DNA from: an uncultured delta proteobacterium
Lineage (GTDB): Bacteria; Myxococcota_A; Polyangia; Polyangiales; JAFGIB01
NCBI GenBank assembly: GCA_963778655.1
Contig: CAVZVA010000003.1
Location: 416,001-480,000 of the forward strand
Direction: 5' to 3'
DNA: 64,000 bases
Part shown: piece after piece, positions 51,118-62,408 of the stretch
How positions within the stretch are numbered: position 1 is the stretch's first letter
Layout of the letters: each line of letters begins with the position of its first letter
Made by a program: the position numbers and the translations under genes
Notes under the pieces: model-generated
What the model was told of the DNA's origin: nothing
Database searches by the model: none
The model's input: only the letters and a program-made list of their open reading frames with translations

Positions 51118-53413
51118 CTACGGGCTGAGCGGTACGCGTGGGCCGCCCGAGCGCGCCTGCATGCCCGGCGCGAACAGATCGCCCGAATTCGGAATGCAGA
51201 AACCCGACTGTGGATCGAAGCCGGAGGCACCAACTTCGGGCATGGTGAAGCTGATGTCCTTGGCTCGACCGTGGCCCTGCGAGCTCGTCGTGTGGCCGTT
51301 GTGGATGACCAGCGACGGGTGATCGAACGGCGCCTGGTCGCACTGCACCCGGCGGTCCGTGAGCGCCTTCAAGAAGTGCTCGAGCGCGGCGAGGTCGTCG
51401 TTCGTGCTGTCCTTGCCGAGCTCCGCGCACGCGGGATCCGGCACGCCATTCGCGTCGCAGTCGAGCAGGCCGAGCGGAACGGCGAGCCCCGTGGCGTTGG
51501 TGTTGCAGTCCGGCCCCTGGACGGGCCACGGCTGGTCGCCGTCGGGGCCGGAGCCGGAGTCGTCGCCCGTGACGCATTGGCTGCCCGCGGCCGCCGCCGG
51601 ATCGAGCGGGATGTCGCGCCGGTTCAAGCCGCGGTTGTAGGTCTTGAGCATCTGGCGCAGCGACGGATAGCCGCCCCAGCTGAAGTAAGGCGGCGTAAGG
51701 GCCACGTTGCGCAAGCCGGGGATCTTGGTGGAGCCGTCGTCCTCGAGCTTGTCCCACGGCCGCGCCCTCGAGCTGCCGAACAGCGCCGTGTTTCCTGCCG
51801 CGATCGCGTCCGCGAGCGCAGCATCGACCACCGCGTCGGGGTTGCCTTCGAGCAGGTGCTTGTATTGCCGTCCGAACGCGAGCGGATTGCCGTACGGGTC
51901 CGTGCCGCCCGACATCGGATCGCTCACCCACGGGCGCAAGCCGATGTTGGCGAAGCCGCGATCGCGCAAACCGGTCTTGCCGTTGATATCGCCGACCGCC
52001 AAGAAGATTGGAAACGACTGCCCGTTTACGAACGCGTTCTCGCTGAAGGTCGGGCCGCTATGGCATGCGGAGCACTGTGCGCCCTTCCCGCCGTCCGGAA
52101 GCGTCCTGTTCTGGCCGGCGAAGAACAGGCTGCAACCTCGCACGAGCAGCGGGTCGACGTTCTCCGTGCCGGTACAACCCGCACCGGACGTGGTGAGATC
52201 GCCGCTCGCGACCAGGCTATCGAGCTCGCTCTGGTCGGAGACCAACGTCTGTTCGTACATCATGATGGCGACGCCCCAGAACATCGAGAAGTTCTGCTCG
52301 ATCTGCGTGTAGCCTGCCTCGCTCGACTTGAGGCTTCCATCCGTGATGGCAAACCTGCCGTCCGCGGCCCAGTACTTCGGATCGAATGCGAGCTTGACCA
52401 GGTCCGCGTAAGTGTAGCCGCCGAGCCCCTGTCCCGAGGCGGCGCGATACGCGCCGAGCACGCTGTCATCGGGCGCGACGGTCTGCTCCCCGAGCGGTGT
52501 CATCCCGAGCATCTTACGGCCGAGGTCAGCGAAGGTCTTGCCCTCGCATGACATCTCGAGCGTGCTCACGGGCGGGGCCACCGCCTGGGATGCAAGGCTC
52601 GAGTTCTCGAGCTCCAGGTAATCGAGCTGGGGTTGCCCGGCCTCCTCGAGCACCACCAGGCGTGCATTGGGATCGCCCTGGATATCGCGCATCCCGAACA
52701 CACCGACACCGTTGAACATGTTGTTCGCACGCCCATCCCAGAAGTTGCGGTGAAAGAAGGCGGCGTTGATCGTGGTAGGCGTGTTGCGCGGCTCGACCTG
52801 GCGCGCCGCGAAGTTGCCGGCGTGGAAGATGTCGCCTTCGGTCTTAGAGCACTTCTCGCCCTTCTTCTTCACGCTCGTGAACGAGGCGCCGAACGCACCC
52901 TGCGACGAAATGCGATCGTTCGTAGTGGTACGGATCGCAGAGTTGCGGTCGGTCTCGTCGACCAGCTTGTGCAGCGGCATATCCTCCGGCGTGAGTGTGT
53001 AGCTCGAGTCGGCGAGCGCGCCCGACGGCATGTGGCCGGGGGCGACCTCGCCCGTGTCCGAGCGATCGGAGCCGAACGCGCTGTCGCCGTCCGGGCCGAA
53101 GGTGATGTCGTGGAAGCCTGGGTTGATCTGATTCGTCAGCCGGGTGTCAGCGCCGGCATTGAAGTGGCAGCCCGCACACGCCAGCGCCGTCGCTGCCGGC
53201 CTGTTGGTCCCAGAACAGGGCCTTGCCGAGCACGATGGCCCACGCCTTGCTGCGAACGATCCCGCTCCCCTCCGCGAGCTTCGGCGACACCGGCGGATCG
53301 AGCGCAAAGGCCGTGCCTGCGACCGCGCTCGCGACCAGCACCGCGCCGATGCACATCTGTGAGCGGTTGATTCTGCTAGCTGAAAGCCTGTCCTCGATGC
53401 CCCTCGAGCTCAT
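51118..53413 (-). CDS. Di-heme cytochrome c peroxidase/MauG family protein, one frameshift at ~53185
   Basis: LGKALFWD, shift, ACAGCH; RNTPT; FWDGRA; CSACH; KIPGLRNVALTPPY. Confidence 0.85.
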
Positions 53414-53857
53414 CGATCCCTCCCGTGTGTTGCGCCCCCAAAGTGTTGTCTGGTCGCACATTGTGCGGCCATGGTCAATGTCGGAGTCGATATGATGAAA
53501 AGCAGTGAAACGGATCACACCTTTGTCACTTAATCGAGGGTCACGAGGGGTCACGGGGCCACAAGGCCGGGGCTTCGCGGGCTTCGCCGCAGGGCGTCGA
53601 CGAGATCAGCGCCCTGGACCCGGCGGCTGCACCGTAACCTTGATCGTCCGCAAACAGGCGGTGCGGAGCACGCGCCATTTCGCAAGCGACGCGCCACTTG
53701 GGGAGTAGGTAACAAGAACAGGGCGAGCCGATCCGCGAGGGTCGAGGCGGTGGATGAGGTGCGCCGGTGCTGCACGCCGCGGAGCGTGCTGGGCGGCCGA
53801 ACGGTTCGGTCGACGGCGCAGCAGGTCTCGTGGTTCGGCCGCAGGGAGGGTGTGGCA

Positions 53858-54352
53858 ATGCAGGCCGTAGGAGCGTGGATCAGCGGCAGGCTGTTTGCGA
53901 TTGCGCCGACGGCCGAGATCGCGGCGGCGGCGGAGCAACTTGCGCGCGAGCGGATCAGTCACTTGCTGGTGATGGACAGCGGCGTGCTGCGCGGCATCTT
54001 GTGCGTCTGCGACATCGATCGGGCGCAAGGCGGCACGCGCGTGGCCGAAGCCATGAGCTCACAGCCATGGACGATCGAAATCGGCGCGCCCCTCACCGAC
54101 GCGCTTGCGCGTATGCGCGAGCACCGCGTCAGCTGCTTGCCGGTAGTCGAGGGCACGGGCGTGCGCGGAGTCATCACGCTTCGCGATCTGGTGCGCTTGG
54201 GCGTCGCCGACGAGGACATCGCGCGCTGCCGCGCGTGCGGCAGCGAGGAGCACGTGCGCTGCCCCGAGCACGGGCTGTCGGCGGGTTTCTGCCTCGAGTG
54301 CACGCGCAGGTCGGAGCCCCCCGCGTCGGACGATGAGCTGGGCGGCGGCTAG
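53858..54352 (+). CDS. CBS-pair protein with a C-terminal Cys cluster
   Basis: ISHLLVMD..GIL; VSCLPVV..GVIT; CRAC..CLEC. Confidence 0.85.
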   Translation: MQAVGAWISGRLFAIAPTAEIAAAAEQLARERISHLLVMDSGVLRGILCVCDIDRAQGGTRVAEAMSSQPWTIEIGAPLTDALARMREHRVSCLPVVEGTGVRGVITLRDLVRLGVADEDIARCRACGSEEHVRCPEHGLSAGFCLECTRRSEPPASDDELGGG

Positions 54353-54838
54353 TACAAAGATCCGGAAGCTCGATCAGGGATTATCGGCGCTGCTGCGACG
54401 CGGGTCGCATCGCGCGTGAGCCCCTGCGCCGATCGCCTGCCAGCGCGTTTGCTGACCCCATCAGCGGCAACCGCGCCAGCGACCGGATGGCCCCGCTGGC
54501 AGAGAACGTGCGCCAGAGAATGCGCGCTGGCAGATGGTCCCTGCGGCAGGTGGTCCTGCGCCAGAGAATACGCGCTGGCAGATGATCCCCGCCCCTTGTC
54601 TCAAATCGATCTCAACTCGATATGCGAGCGGGCCGAGGGCATTGACGCGAGCAAGCGCCGGAATGACAACCCTGCTGGATGTCATTTGACGGCTCGAGCG
54701 AAGAGCAACCAACCCCACCTTACTCGAGGCTTGCGGCGCCGTAGGCGCAACAGCACCCGCACTGTGTGCAACAGGGGCAACGCGCTCGGGGCTGAGCGCA
54801 CCACCGCGAGTGCGTGAACCGCGCTCGCCAGGAGGAAC

Positions 54839-56608
54839 ATGTCTACTCGCAACTACTTTCGTCTAGTCTGGACCGCGCTGCTCGCGATGACTGCCGCCGC
54901 GTGTATGGATCGGCCGCGCAACAACCAAGTACTGTCGTCTCCCAAAGCAACCTTCCAATGGAGCGGCTGGGTCGTGAATCCCAACGAAACAGTTACCCTG
55001 AAGGTCAAGGATCAGTCGGACGGCAGCTGGGACACGCGCTGGAACGCGACCACGGGCACGACGGGTCAGACCGACGGACAGCTCACGTGGTTTCCGTTCA
55101 GCACGAGCAGTACGACGCTCAGGTACAGCACTGCGTCAAGCAATCGCAAGTACTGGCGCATGATCTCGAGCCAGGGGTCGCAACGCCGCATGGCCGCGGA
55201 CGTCAAGACGACCTCGCCTACGCGCGGTGACCTGTTCAGCTTCGACGCCGACGCCGACAGCTGCATCACCTCGCAGAGCACGGGCATGGCGATCGCGGGC
55301 AACTGCAGCTCCTCGAGCTCGCCCGTGGCAACGCTGATCGCGAACTGTGGCAAACCAGACCAGGCCTGCTGTCTGGCCAACGGCGTCGGAACCATCGACC
55401 GCTGCGACCGCGGCCGCAACTGCGACACCTCGAGCTTGACCTGCTCGATTCCCGCGGGCGGCCTGCACCAAGCCTGTTTCGCGGACAACACGTGCAACAA
55501 CAGCACGCTGGAATGCGTCGACGGCCTGTGCCGCGACATGATCCAGCGTGCGCCGGTCCTGACCAGCAAGCTCGTGGTGCACACCTGCGACAAGGCCTAC
55601 GCTGGAACCCACGAGGAGATCTGGGTACGCCTGCGCAACGACACCTTCTATTTGGACCACCCGGGTCGCGATGCGGACCGCAACCAGACCGATACCTGGG
55701 GGCTGGCCATCCCCGACATTCACTCGGTCTCCGACATCTCCGGCCTGACCATCGGAACCGAGCAAGGCGAGGATTCGTGGTGCGTCGACCGCGTTGATCT
55801 GATCGTCAACGGCGCCAAGGTCTTTAGCAAGAGCTACAGCGGCGGAATCGAGATTCGCCAAGTCAACGATCCCATTTACCCGATCTTCCCGCAGCTCAAG
55901 GTGGCCGACGAGACCACCATCCGCGACGCGCTCGACGCCGCCGATCGCACGCAGGTGTGCACGCTCCCTCCCAGCCTCAGTTATGCGGATCTCGAGAGCG
56001 AGATCGCCGGCGCGCTCGGCGACAAGTTCGCCCGCTCCCGGCTCAATCTCACCAGCGACGACAAGAAGTACAATGCCTCATGGGGCAACTTCAGCCCCAT
56101 CGTGACGCGGGAGGACAGCAACACGCTCAAGGTCGCGATCAAGTTTCGCGCGACGGCGATATTGACCGATCCGATACCTGACTTCGACATCACGGGCGAC
56201 ATCGAGATCAAGGTGTCCGCCCAGTGTTCCGTCGAGGCACAGGGCTGGTCCAACCCTAATGGCACGAGCGGCTTCTCGCAGTGCAAGCCCGACTTCAACA
56301 GCTCGGCGGTGCTCACCAAAGCCGTTGGCATTCCCGACACCGGTGTTCCGGTGCTGGAAGACATTGTCAGATGGATCGCCTCGGTCAAAATTGCCGGGGC
56401 CGCCCAAAAGGCCGTCTCGCAATTTCCGGATCTCGAATCGTACTTCGACGACGCGCAAGCATTCGCTTGCCCCTTCGACGTGAGCCATCAGCTCTGCGAT
56501 CCGGATGGCAACGTCTGTTCTTGCCCGAACATCAATGTCGGCAGCAGCTCGATCCGCTTGGACTGGACGTCGCTGAGCTCGCTCCCGAACCTGCTCTGCT
56601 TGTTCTGA
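54839..56608 (+). CDS. Cys-rich lipoprotein with a PLAT/LH2-like domain
   Basis: AGGAGG RBS; AAAC lipobox; VHTCDKAYAGT..DRNQTDTW..DSWCVDRV. Confidence 0.65.
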   Translation: MSTRNYFRLVWTALLAMTAAACMDRPRNNQVLSSPKATFQWSGWVVNPNETVTLKVKDQSDGSWDTRWNATTGTTGQTDGQLTWFPFSTSSTTLRYSTASSNRKYWRMISSQGSQRRMAADVKTTSPTRGDLFSFDADADSCITSQSTGMAIAGNCSSSSSPVATLIANCGKPDQACCLANGVGTIDRCDRGRNCDTSSLTCSIPAGGLHQACFADNTCNNSTLECVDGLCRDMIQRAPVLTSKLVVHTCDKAYAGTHEEIWVRLRNDTFYLDHPGRDADRNQTDTWGLAIPDIHSVSDISGLTIGTEQGEDSWCVDRVDLIVNGAKVFSKSYSGGIEIRQVNDPIYPIFPQLKVADETTIRDALDAADRTQVCTLPPSLSYADLESEIAGALGDKFARSRLNLTSDDKKYNASWGNFSPIVTREDSNTLKVAIKFRATAILTDPIPDFDITGDIEIKVSAQCSVEAQGWSNPNGTSGFSQCKPDFNSSAVLTKAVGIPDTGVPVLEDIVRWIASVKIAGAAQKAVSQFPDLESYFDDAQAFACPFDVSHQLCDPDGNVCSCPNINVGSSSIRLDWTSLSSLPNLLCLF

Positions 56609-56778
56609 CTAGAGTGCATTTCATCAATCCGAAATGCTCGATTTCGGAGCGCGACGGGTCCGCCGGCAAGGCGCGCGACCGCTGGAATACTCGGTGTATT
56701 TCAAGGTCGCGCAACGCAGCCGCCGGGCTCGTCCCGCCCGAAAGGGGGCGTTGAGCGGTTTATGAAATGCACTCCTAG
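56609..56778. mobile_element. MITE-like element 2
   Basis: CTAGAGTGCATTTCAT.. / ..ATGAAATGCACTCCTAG. Confidence 0.75.
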
Positions 56779-56883
56779 ATTAGTGCTCGCGCTGGAGCTG
56801 CGCCCGTGCCCGCATGGCGCCCACGAGCGCAGCTCGGCGTTCGGGCGCGTCCCGCCGCGCGCGAACGCAGCGGCCACCGGCGC

Positions 56884-57657
56884 TCAGGCCATCGCGAGCT
56901 GGCCGGTCGTGCGCAGCTCGGCCGAGCGCACCGGCTCGTACGAGGGCACGGGCTCGATCCGCAGCCGCCTTCGCACCTGCTCGAGCGGAAGCGTCAGCAG
57001 CTGCTCCCACTCGACCGGGGGCAACCATTGCGCGCGCGCGCTGGCAGCCAGTGCGTGCGCGACCATGCGTACGAGCCTCGGGTCGCGCGCCTTGAGCAGC
57101 GCGGCCAGCACGATCAGCGCGACCCCGGGGTTGCGCGTCTGCACCATGGTGAACGCGAGCAGCGCGGCCTCACCGTACAGGTCGCCGTGGTAGCCGGTGA
57201 CGGTATGCCAGAGATCGTGCGTGTCCCGCAGGCGCTCGCCCACGTAGTCGAAGTCACCGCCTCGCGCGAACACGCCGGTGTCGCCTTCGACGCTGGCCTG
57301 CACCAGGCCTTCCGCGCTGATTTGCTCGCGCTCTAGAAACGCGAGATAGGCGCGCGCGAGCGAGCCTTCCGGCGTCTGCTCGAGCGCGGCGCGATCGCGC
57401 AGCAGGCCGAGGATCTGGGGGCGGCTTTGGAGCAAGCGCCGGCCGCTCGGCGACGCACGGAAGCGGGCCAGCAGGCGCAGCGGCGCGCGGCCGGAGAGCG
57501 ATTCGATCACGGTGAAGACCTGACGCGTGTCGTCCGGGTTGCGCACCAGCTCGCGCAGCGCGCGCAGGGCGCGCAAGGGGTAGAGGCCGGGCGGCGGGGG
57601 CTCACGCTGCGGGTCGTGGTTGCCGTGGCGGTCGGGGCTGGGCTCTGGGCTGGGCAT
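56884..57657 (-). CDS. Coq4 family protein
   Basis: PEGSLARAY; RLRDTHDLWHTVTGY..GEAALLAF (HDxxH..E motif). Confidence 0.85.
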   Translation of the reverse strand: MPSPEPSPDRHGNHDPQREPPPPGLYPLRALRALRELVRNPDDTRQVFTVIESLSGRAPLRLLARFRASPSGRRLLQSRPQILGLLRDRAALEQTPEGSLARAYLAFLEREQISAEGLVQASVEGDTGVFARGGDFDYVGERLRDTHDLWHTVTGYHGDLYGEAALLAFTMVQTRNPGVALIVLAALLKARDPRLVRMVAHALAASARAQWLPPVEWEQLLTLPLEQVRRRLRIEPVPSYEPVRSAELRTTGQLAMA

Positions 57658-57705
57658 CGGGGGACCTCCTGGCGACACTACTGACAAGGCTGTTCATAGC
57701 GTAAC

Positions 57706-57719
57706 TGACAAACTTGTCA
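57706..57719. promoter_or_regulatory. Putative TetR operator
   Basis: TGACAA-ac-TTGTCA between divergent coq4 and tetR genes; partial copy at ~57682. Confidence 0.65.
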
Positions 57720-57748
57720 ACAGGGGTAGACCCGGGTACACGTGGGCG

Positions 57749-58396
57749 ATGCGAAAATCGGCCCGCGGCCGCCGCGGCACCCAGCCCCGGGTCCGCCGCA
57801 CGGCCGAAAACGCCCGCAGCGCGATCCTCGACGCAACCGAGCTCCGCCTGGTCGAGCGCGGACCGGCCGGCATCCGCTTGCAGGACGTCGCGGCCGACGT
57901 CGGCGTCTCGCACTCGACCATCCTCCACCACTTCGGCAGCCGCGAGCAGCTGGTCGAGGCGGTGATTCAGCGCCGGGTGCGCGCGATGAACCAAGAGGTG
58001 ATTCTCGCCCTGCTCTCGGCGCCGAGCGCGAACGAAGAAGACGCCGCGGTGGCGCTGTTCGAGCGCCTGTATCAGGTGCTCGGGCCGGGCGGACATGCCC
58101 GCGTGATCGCTTACCGCGCGCTCGAAGGCAGCCGGCCGAGCCTAAGCCCCGAGAGCCTGCGACCGCTTGCGGAGGCGACCCACGCCGCACGCGTCGCGCG
58201 CCGCCAACCCGGGCTGCCGCCGCCGAGCTTCGAGGACACCGAGCACGCCGTCCACCTCGCCGCGCTCGCGCTGTTCGCCGAATCGCTGGTCGGCGCGCTG
58301 TTTCGCGGCGACCCCGAAGGCAAGCCGGACGAGGCCGCCAGCAAGCGCTTCCGCGAGTGGCTCGCGCGCCTCCTGCTCGCCACACTCGAGCACTGA
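57749..58396 (+). CDS. TetR family regulator
   Basis: AILDAT..IRLQDVAADVGVSHSTILHHFGSRE. Confidence 0.92.
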   Translation: MRKSARGRRGTQPRVRRTAENARSAILDATELRLVERGPAGIRLQDVAADVGVSHSTILHHFGSREQLVEAVIQRRVRAMNQEVILALLSAPSANEEDAAVALFERLYQVLGPGGHARVIAYRALEGSRPSLSPESLRPLAEATHAARVARRQPGLPPPSFEDTEHAVHLAALALFAESLVGALFRGDPEGKPDEAASKRFREWLARLLLATLEH

Positions 58397-58562
58397 GCGC
58401 TTGGACCGGCTCTCAGTGCCCTGCATCCGCGTCACCTGCGCCGGAGCAACGTGGCGTGCGGGCCCCCATGCCGGTCGAAGGCGTTGCGCCGCCACAAACG
58501 CGGGCCGGGCGTTCCCCGACGTGCCGATCACGACCACCGATTGTGAGGAAGCCGCGCAAGCT

Positions 58563-59228
58563 TCAGTCACAGACGTCGCCGATGTCGATCGACATGCAGC
58601 TCATGGTGCCCGGGCTGGTGCATGCGATTCCGCGGCACGCGGGGTCGGGCGGGCAACCGGCTTGGTCGTACTTTGCCTTGATGCTGTTCAAGGTCGAGAA
58701 GTCATTGACGTAGGTCGTGCAGTAACAGCCGAGGGACCTGACCACGAGTTGCTGGCATTGCCCAGTTGCGTGCGGGTCGCACATCCTCGCGATCTGCATC
58801 GCCGCGTCGTAGTCCCGAGCGAACTGATCGCAGGTGTCGCCGGGGGTGCCGCCTCCGCCTGCGCTGCCGCCGGTTCCCGTTTGCCCTGAGGCTCCGCCTT
58901 GCCCGCCGTCGTGGCCGCTGTGTCCCGCGCCGCCCTGACCGGCATCGCGTCCGGTCTGACCACCGCTTCCCACAGCAGGGCTTGTCCCTCCCACGCCACC
59001 GCCGCCATCGGCGCTGGTCATGACGCGACTTGGGCCGCCCGTGGCGGGCGCGCCTGCGCCTCCTTGGGCTGCCGTTTGCATTGCCGTACCCGACCCGCCG
59101 CTGCCAACCCGTGCCGCCGAGCTCGGCGCTCCACCGCTGTCGCCCGGAGCGCCGGGATGAGCCGCGTTCGACTTGCCGGCGCATGCGGCGGTGACGACCA
59201 TGACAGCGAGCAAGAATGGACGACGCAT
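58563..59228 (-). CDS. Gly-rich lipoprotein with a Cys-rich C-terminus
   Basis: TAAC lipobox; Gly linker; 10 Cys in the C-terminal domain. Confidence 0.65.
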   Translation of the reverse strand: MRRPFLLAVMVVTAACAGKSNAAHPGAPGDSGGAPSSAARVGSGGSGTAMQTAAQGGAGAPATGGPSRVMTSADGGGGVGGTSPAVGSGGQTGRDAGQGGAGHSGHDGGQGGASGQTGTGGSAGGGGTPGDTCDQFARDYDAAMQIARMCDPHATGQCQQLVVRSLGCYCTTYVNDFSTLNSIKAKYDQAGCPPDPACRGIACTSPGTMSCMSIDIGDVCD

Positions 59229-59664
59229 CGCGATTCCGAGCCTACAACGCCCAAGTGAGCCGCGAGCCCGCGCTTCTTGCCGCTTGGCTCAGTTTGGCAC
59301 ACTTGGCGGGATGAACCTCTCGGATGCACGGTTCGTGCCTGCGGCCCTGTTGCGCTCACCGTGCTCGCGTGGGTCCCGTTCCAGCAACTCAGCAGCACCG
59401 ACGCCCCCCACAAAGGGCCGTTGCCGGTTGCGCGCGCGACGACTGCGAGCGCTCGGATCCGGTAGCGTAGGAGCTCGCGACTGGTGGACCGGAGAGCGGC
59501 ACCCCCACGCCGGCGAGCTACGGCCGTGCGTGCTCTCGCCTTCCGCCAAGGCGCTCACCCCGGCGGCCGGCGGCGGGATCCGGCGGGGGCCGCCGATCGG
59601 CGCGCGCAAGGTCGCGTGATCACGCGATCCGAGCTCCGGCCCGTCGCGTGCACCAGCGCCGGGC

Positions 59665-61251
59665 ATGATGAGCGTGGTCGAGTCTGGGTCGTTGTGCGGG
59701 GTGGAAGCGCATGGGGTGCGGGTCGAGGCCAGCCCGGTCCGCGGGCTGCCCGGCTTCGATATCGTGGGGCTGCCGGAGGCGGGCATCCGCGAGAGCCGGG
59801 TGCGGGTGATCGCGGCCCTGAGCAACAGCGGCTTCGCGCTGCCCGAGCAGCGCTTCGTCGTCAACCTCGCGCCCGCCGACCTGCGCAAGTCGGGCGCGTC
59901 GTTCGATCTGGCGATCGCAATCGCGCTGCTGGCGCAGTGCGGGCTGTGCGCGCCCAACCGCCTGGGTGAGCTGCTGATCGTGGGCGAGCTCTCGCTCGAC
60001 GGCCAGCTGCGGCCGGTGCGCGGGCTGCTGTCGCAGCTGCGCAGCGCGCGCCGCCGCGGGCTCACCGAGGCGCTGATCCCCACCGAGGACGCGGCGTGGG
60101 CCGGCCTGGTCGGGGGCATGCGCCTGCACTGCGCCGAGCACCTGCGCGACGCGGTCGCCTTCCTGGGCGGCGAGCGCAAGCTGCCCGGGCCGCCGCCGCG
60201 ACCGCTGGGCGACGCCACGCGCGAGCCGCTCGACCTGTGCGACGTGCGTGGCCAGCAAGCGGCCAAGCGCGCGCTCGAGGTCGCCGCCGCCGGCGGCCAC
60301 AACCTGCTGATGATCGGCCCGCCGGGCGCGGGCAAGACCATGCTGGCGCGGCGGCTGCCGGGCTTGCTGCCGCCGCCCGACCCCGACGAGGCGCTCGACA
60401 TCGCCACCATCGCCAGCGCCGCCGGCCTGCACGTCACGCTCGCCGGCCACGGCGAACGGCCGTTCCGCGCGCCGCACCACAGCTGTAGCGATGTGGCGCT
60501 GATCGGCGGCGGCGAGCCAATCCGTCCGGGCGAAGTCACGCTCGCCCACGGCGGCGCGCTGTTCCTGGACGAGCTGCCGGAGTTCCGGCGCAGCGCGCTC
60601 GAGTCGCTGCGCCCCACCATGGAGTCGGGCGTGGCCGTGATCGCGCGCGCTCGCGACCGCGCCTGCATGCCGGCGCAACCGCTGCTGATCGCGGCGATGA
60701 ATCCCTGCCCGTGCGGCTACCAAGGCCACCCTCGGCGCATCTGCCGCTGCACCCCGGACCAGGTGCAGCGCTATCGCGGGCGCGTCTCGGGACCGCTGCT
60801 CGACCGCTTCGATTTGCACGTCGCGCTGCCGCCGCTGTCGGTGCGAGAGGTCGAGCGCGGAGCGCCCGGCGAGCCCAGCGCACAGGTGCGCCAGCGTGTG
60901 TGCGCGGCGCGGCGCTTTGAAGCCGAGCGCAAGCAGCGGCGCACGGAGCGCGTGGACGCGCCGCTGCACGGCGTGCCGATCCTACGGCTGGCGGCCGAGC
61001 TCGAGCCCGCGGCGCTGCAGTTTCTGCACCGCACCATGACCCAGCTCGAGCTGAGCCTACGCGCCTACGTCAAGGTCCTGACGGTCTCGCGCACCATCGC
61101 CGACCTCGAGCACAGCGAGGCGGTGCGGTTGCCTCACGTGGCCGAGGCGATCCAGTACCGCCTGTTCGACCGCGACGGCACCCGCGCGCGCAGGCCCGAG
61201 CCGGCCTTCGCCGCCGGCGGCGGCGGCGCGCGCAGCCAGCACGAGCACTGA
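59665..61251 (+). CDS. comM: ComM/YifB Mg-chelatase-like AAA+ ATPase
   Basis: [42 protein letters not shown]. Confidence 0.93.
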   Translation: MMSVVESGSLCGVEAHGVRVEASPVRGLPGFDIVGLPEAGIRESRVRVIAALSNSGFALPEQRFVVNLAPADLRKSGASFDLAIAIALLAQCGLCAPNRLGELLIVGELSLDGQLRPVRGLLSQLRSARRRGLTEALIPTEDAAWAGLVGGMRLHCAEHLRDAVAFLGGERKLPGPPPRPLGDATREPLDLCDVRGQQAAKRALEVAAAGGHNLLMIGPPGAGKTMLARRLPGLLPPPDPDEALDIATIASAAGLHVTLAGHGERPFRAPHHSCSDVALIGGGEPIRPGEVTLAHGGALFLDELPEFRRSALESLRPTMESGVAVIARARDRACMPAQPLLIAAMNPCPCGYQGHPRRICRCTPDQVQRYRGRVSGPLLDRFDLHVALPPLSVREVERGAPGEPSAQVRQRVCAARRFEAERKQRRTERVDAPLHGVPILRLAAELEPAALQFLHRTMTQLELSLRAYVKVLTVSRTIADLEHSEAVRLPHVAEAIQYRLFDRDGTRARRPEPAFAAGGGGARSQHEH

Positions 61252-61307
61252 ACGTCGGCGGCGTCCGTGCGGCGCCGCGCGTCATCAACCCAAAGGAGAA
61301 GCCAGTC

Positions 61308-62342
61308 ATGTCGATGAAGGAGAAGCTCAAGGCGGTCGCGCAGGCGATCGGGGCGATCGAGAAGCAATACGGCAAGGGCGCGATCATGCAGCTCGGCGAG
61401 CGCAGCGCGCAGAGCGTGCCCACGATCGGAAGCGGCGCTCCGTCGCTCGACCGCGCGCTCGGCTGTGGCGGCTACCCGCGCGGCCGGGTGGTGGAGATCT
61501 ACGGACCAGAGTCGAGCGGCAAGACCACGCTCACGCTGCACGCGATCGCGGAGGCACAGCGCGCCGGTGGGGTTGCAGCCTTCATCGACGCCGAGCACGC
61601 GCTCGACGTGCACTACGCCAAGGCGCTCGGCGTGGACGTGGGCCAGCTGCTGGTCAGCCAGCCGGACACCGGCGAGCAGGCGCTCGACATCCTCGAAACC
61701 CTGGTGCGCAGCGGCGCGGTCGACCTGATCGTGGTCGACTCGGTCGCGGCGCTGGTGCCCAAGGCCGAGATCGAGGGCGAAATGGGCGACCAGCACGTGG
61801 GCTTGCACGCGCGGCTGATGAGCCAGGCCCTGCGCAAGCTCACCGGCATCACCCACCGCACCGACACCACCATCATGTTCATCAACCAGCTGCGCATGAA
61901 GATCGGCGTGATGTTCGGCTCGCCCGAGACCACCACCGGCGGCCACGCGCTCAAGTACTATGCCTCGGTGCGGCTCGACATCCGGCGCATCGGGCCGGTC
62001 AAGAGCGGCGAAGAGGTGCGCGGCAACCGCACCCGCATCAAGGTGGTCAAGAACAAGCTCGCGCCGCCGTTCCAGCTCACCGAGCTCGACATCCTCTATG
62101 GCGCCGGCATCGACGCCACCGCGGACCTGCTCGATCTGGCAGTCGCGCAGGGCGTGATCGAAAAGCGCGGCGCCTACCTCGCGCTCGACGGCGAGACGCT
62201 GGCCCAGGGCCGCGACAAAGCGCGCGAGCTGCTGCTGGCCGACAACGCGTTGCGCCAGCGCCTGCTGCAGCGCATCGGCATCGGCGGGGGTGGCGCCGAC
62301 ACGCCTTGCGCGGCGGAGAGCGCCAAGCCGGCGGCGGCGTGA
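61308..62342 (+). CDS. recA: Recombinase RecA
   Basis: [43 protein letters not shown]. Confidence 0.97.
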   Translation: MSMKEKLKAVAQAIGAIEKQYGKGAIMQLGERSAQSVPTIGSGAPSLDRALGCGGYPRGRVVEIYGPESSGKTTLTLHAIAEAQRAGGVAAFIDAEHALDVHYAKALGVDVGQLLVSQPDTGEQALDILETLVRSGAVDLIVVDSVAALVPKAEIEGEMGDQHVGLHARLMSQALRKLTGITHRTDTTIMFINQLRMKIGVMFGSPETTTGGHALKYYASVRLDIRRIGPVKSGEEVRGNRTRIKVVKNKLAPPFQLTELDILYGAGIDATADLLDLAVAQGVIEKRGAYLALDGETLAQGRDKARELLLADNALRQRLLQRIGIGGGGADTPCAAESAKPAAA

Positions 62343-62408
62343 GCCCGCCGGGGACGGCAGCGCACCGGTCTGTTCGCGCGAGCCCGGCGCGCGCCCGGGG
62401 CGACCGGG

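Noticed and set aside
57681..57697. Myxobacterial LexA box
   Set aside because: Spacing does not fit the recalled consensus and it is better explained as a partial TetR operator; none seen before comM/recA.
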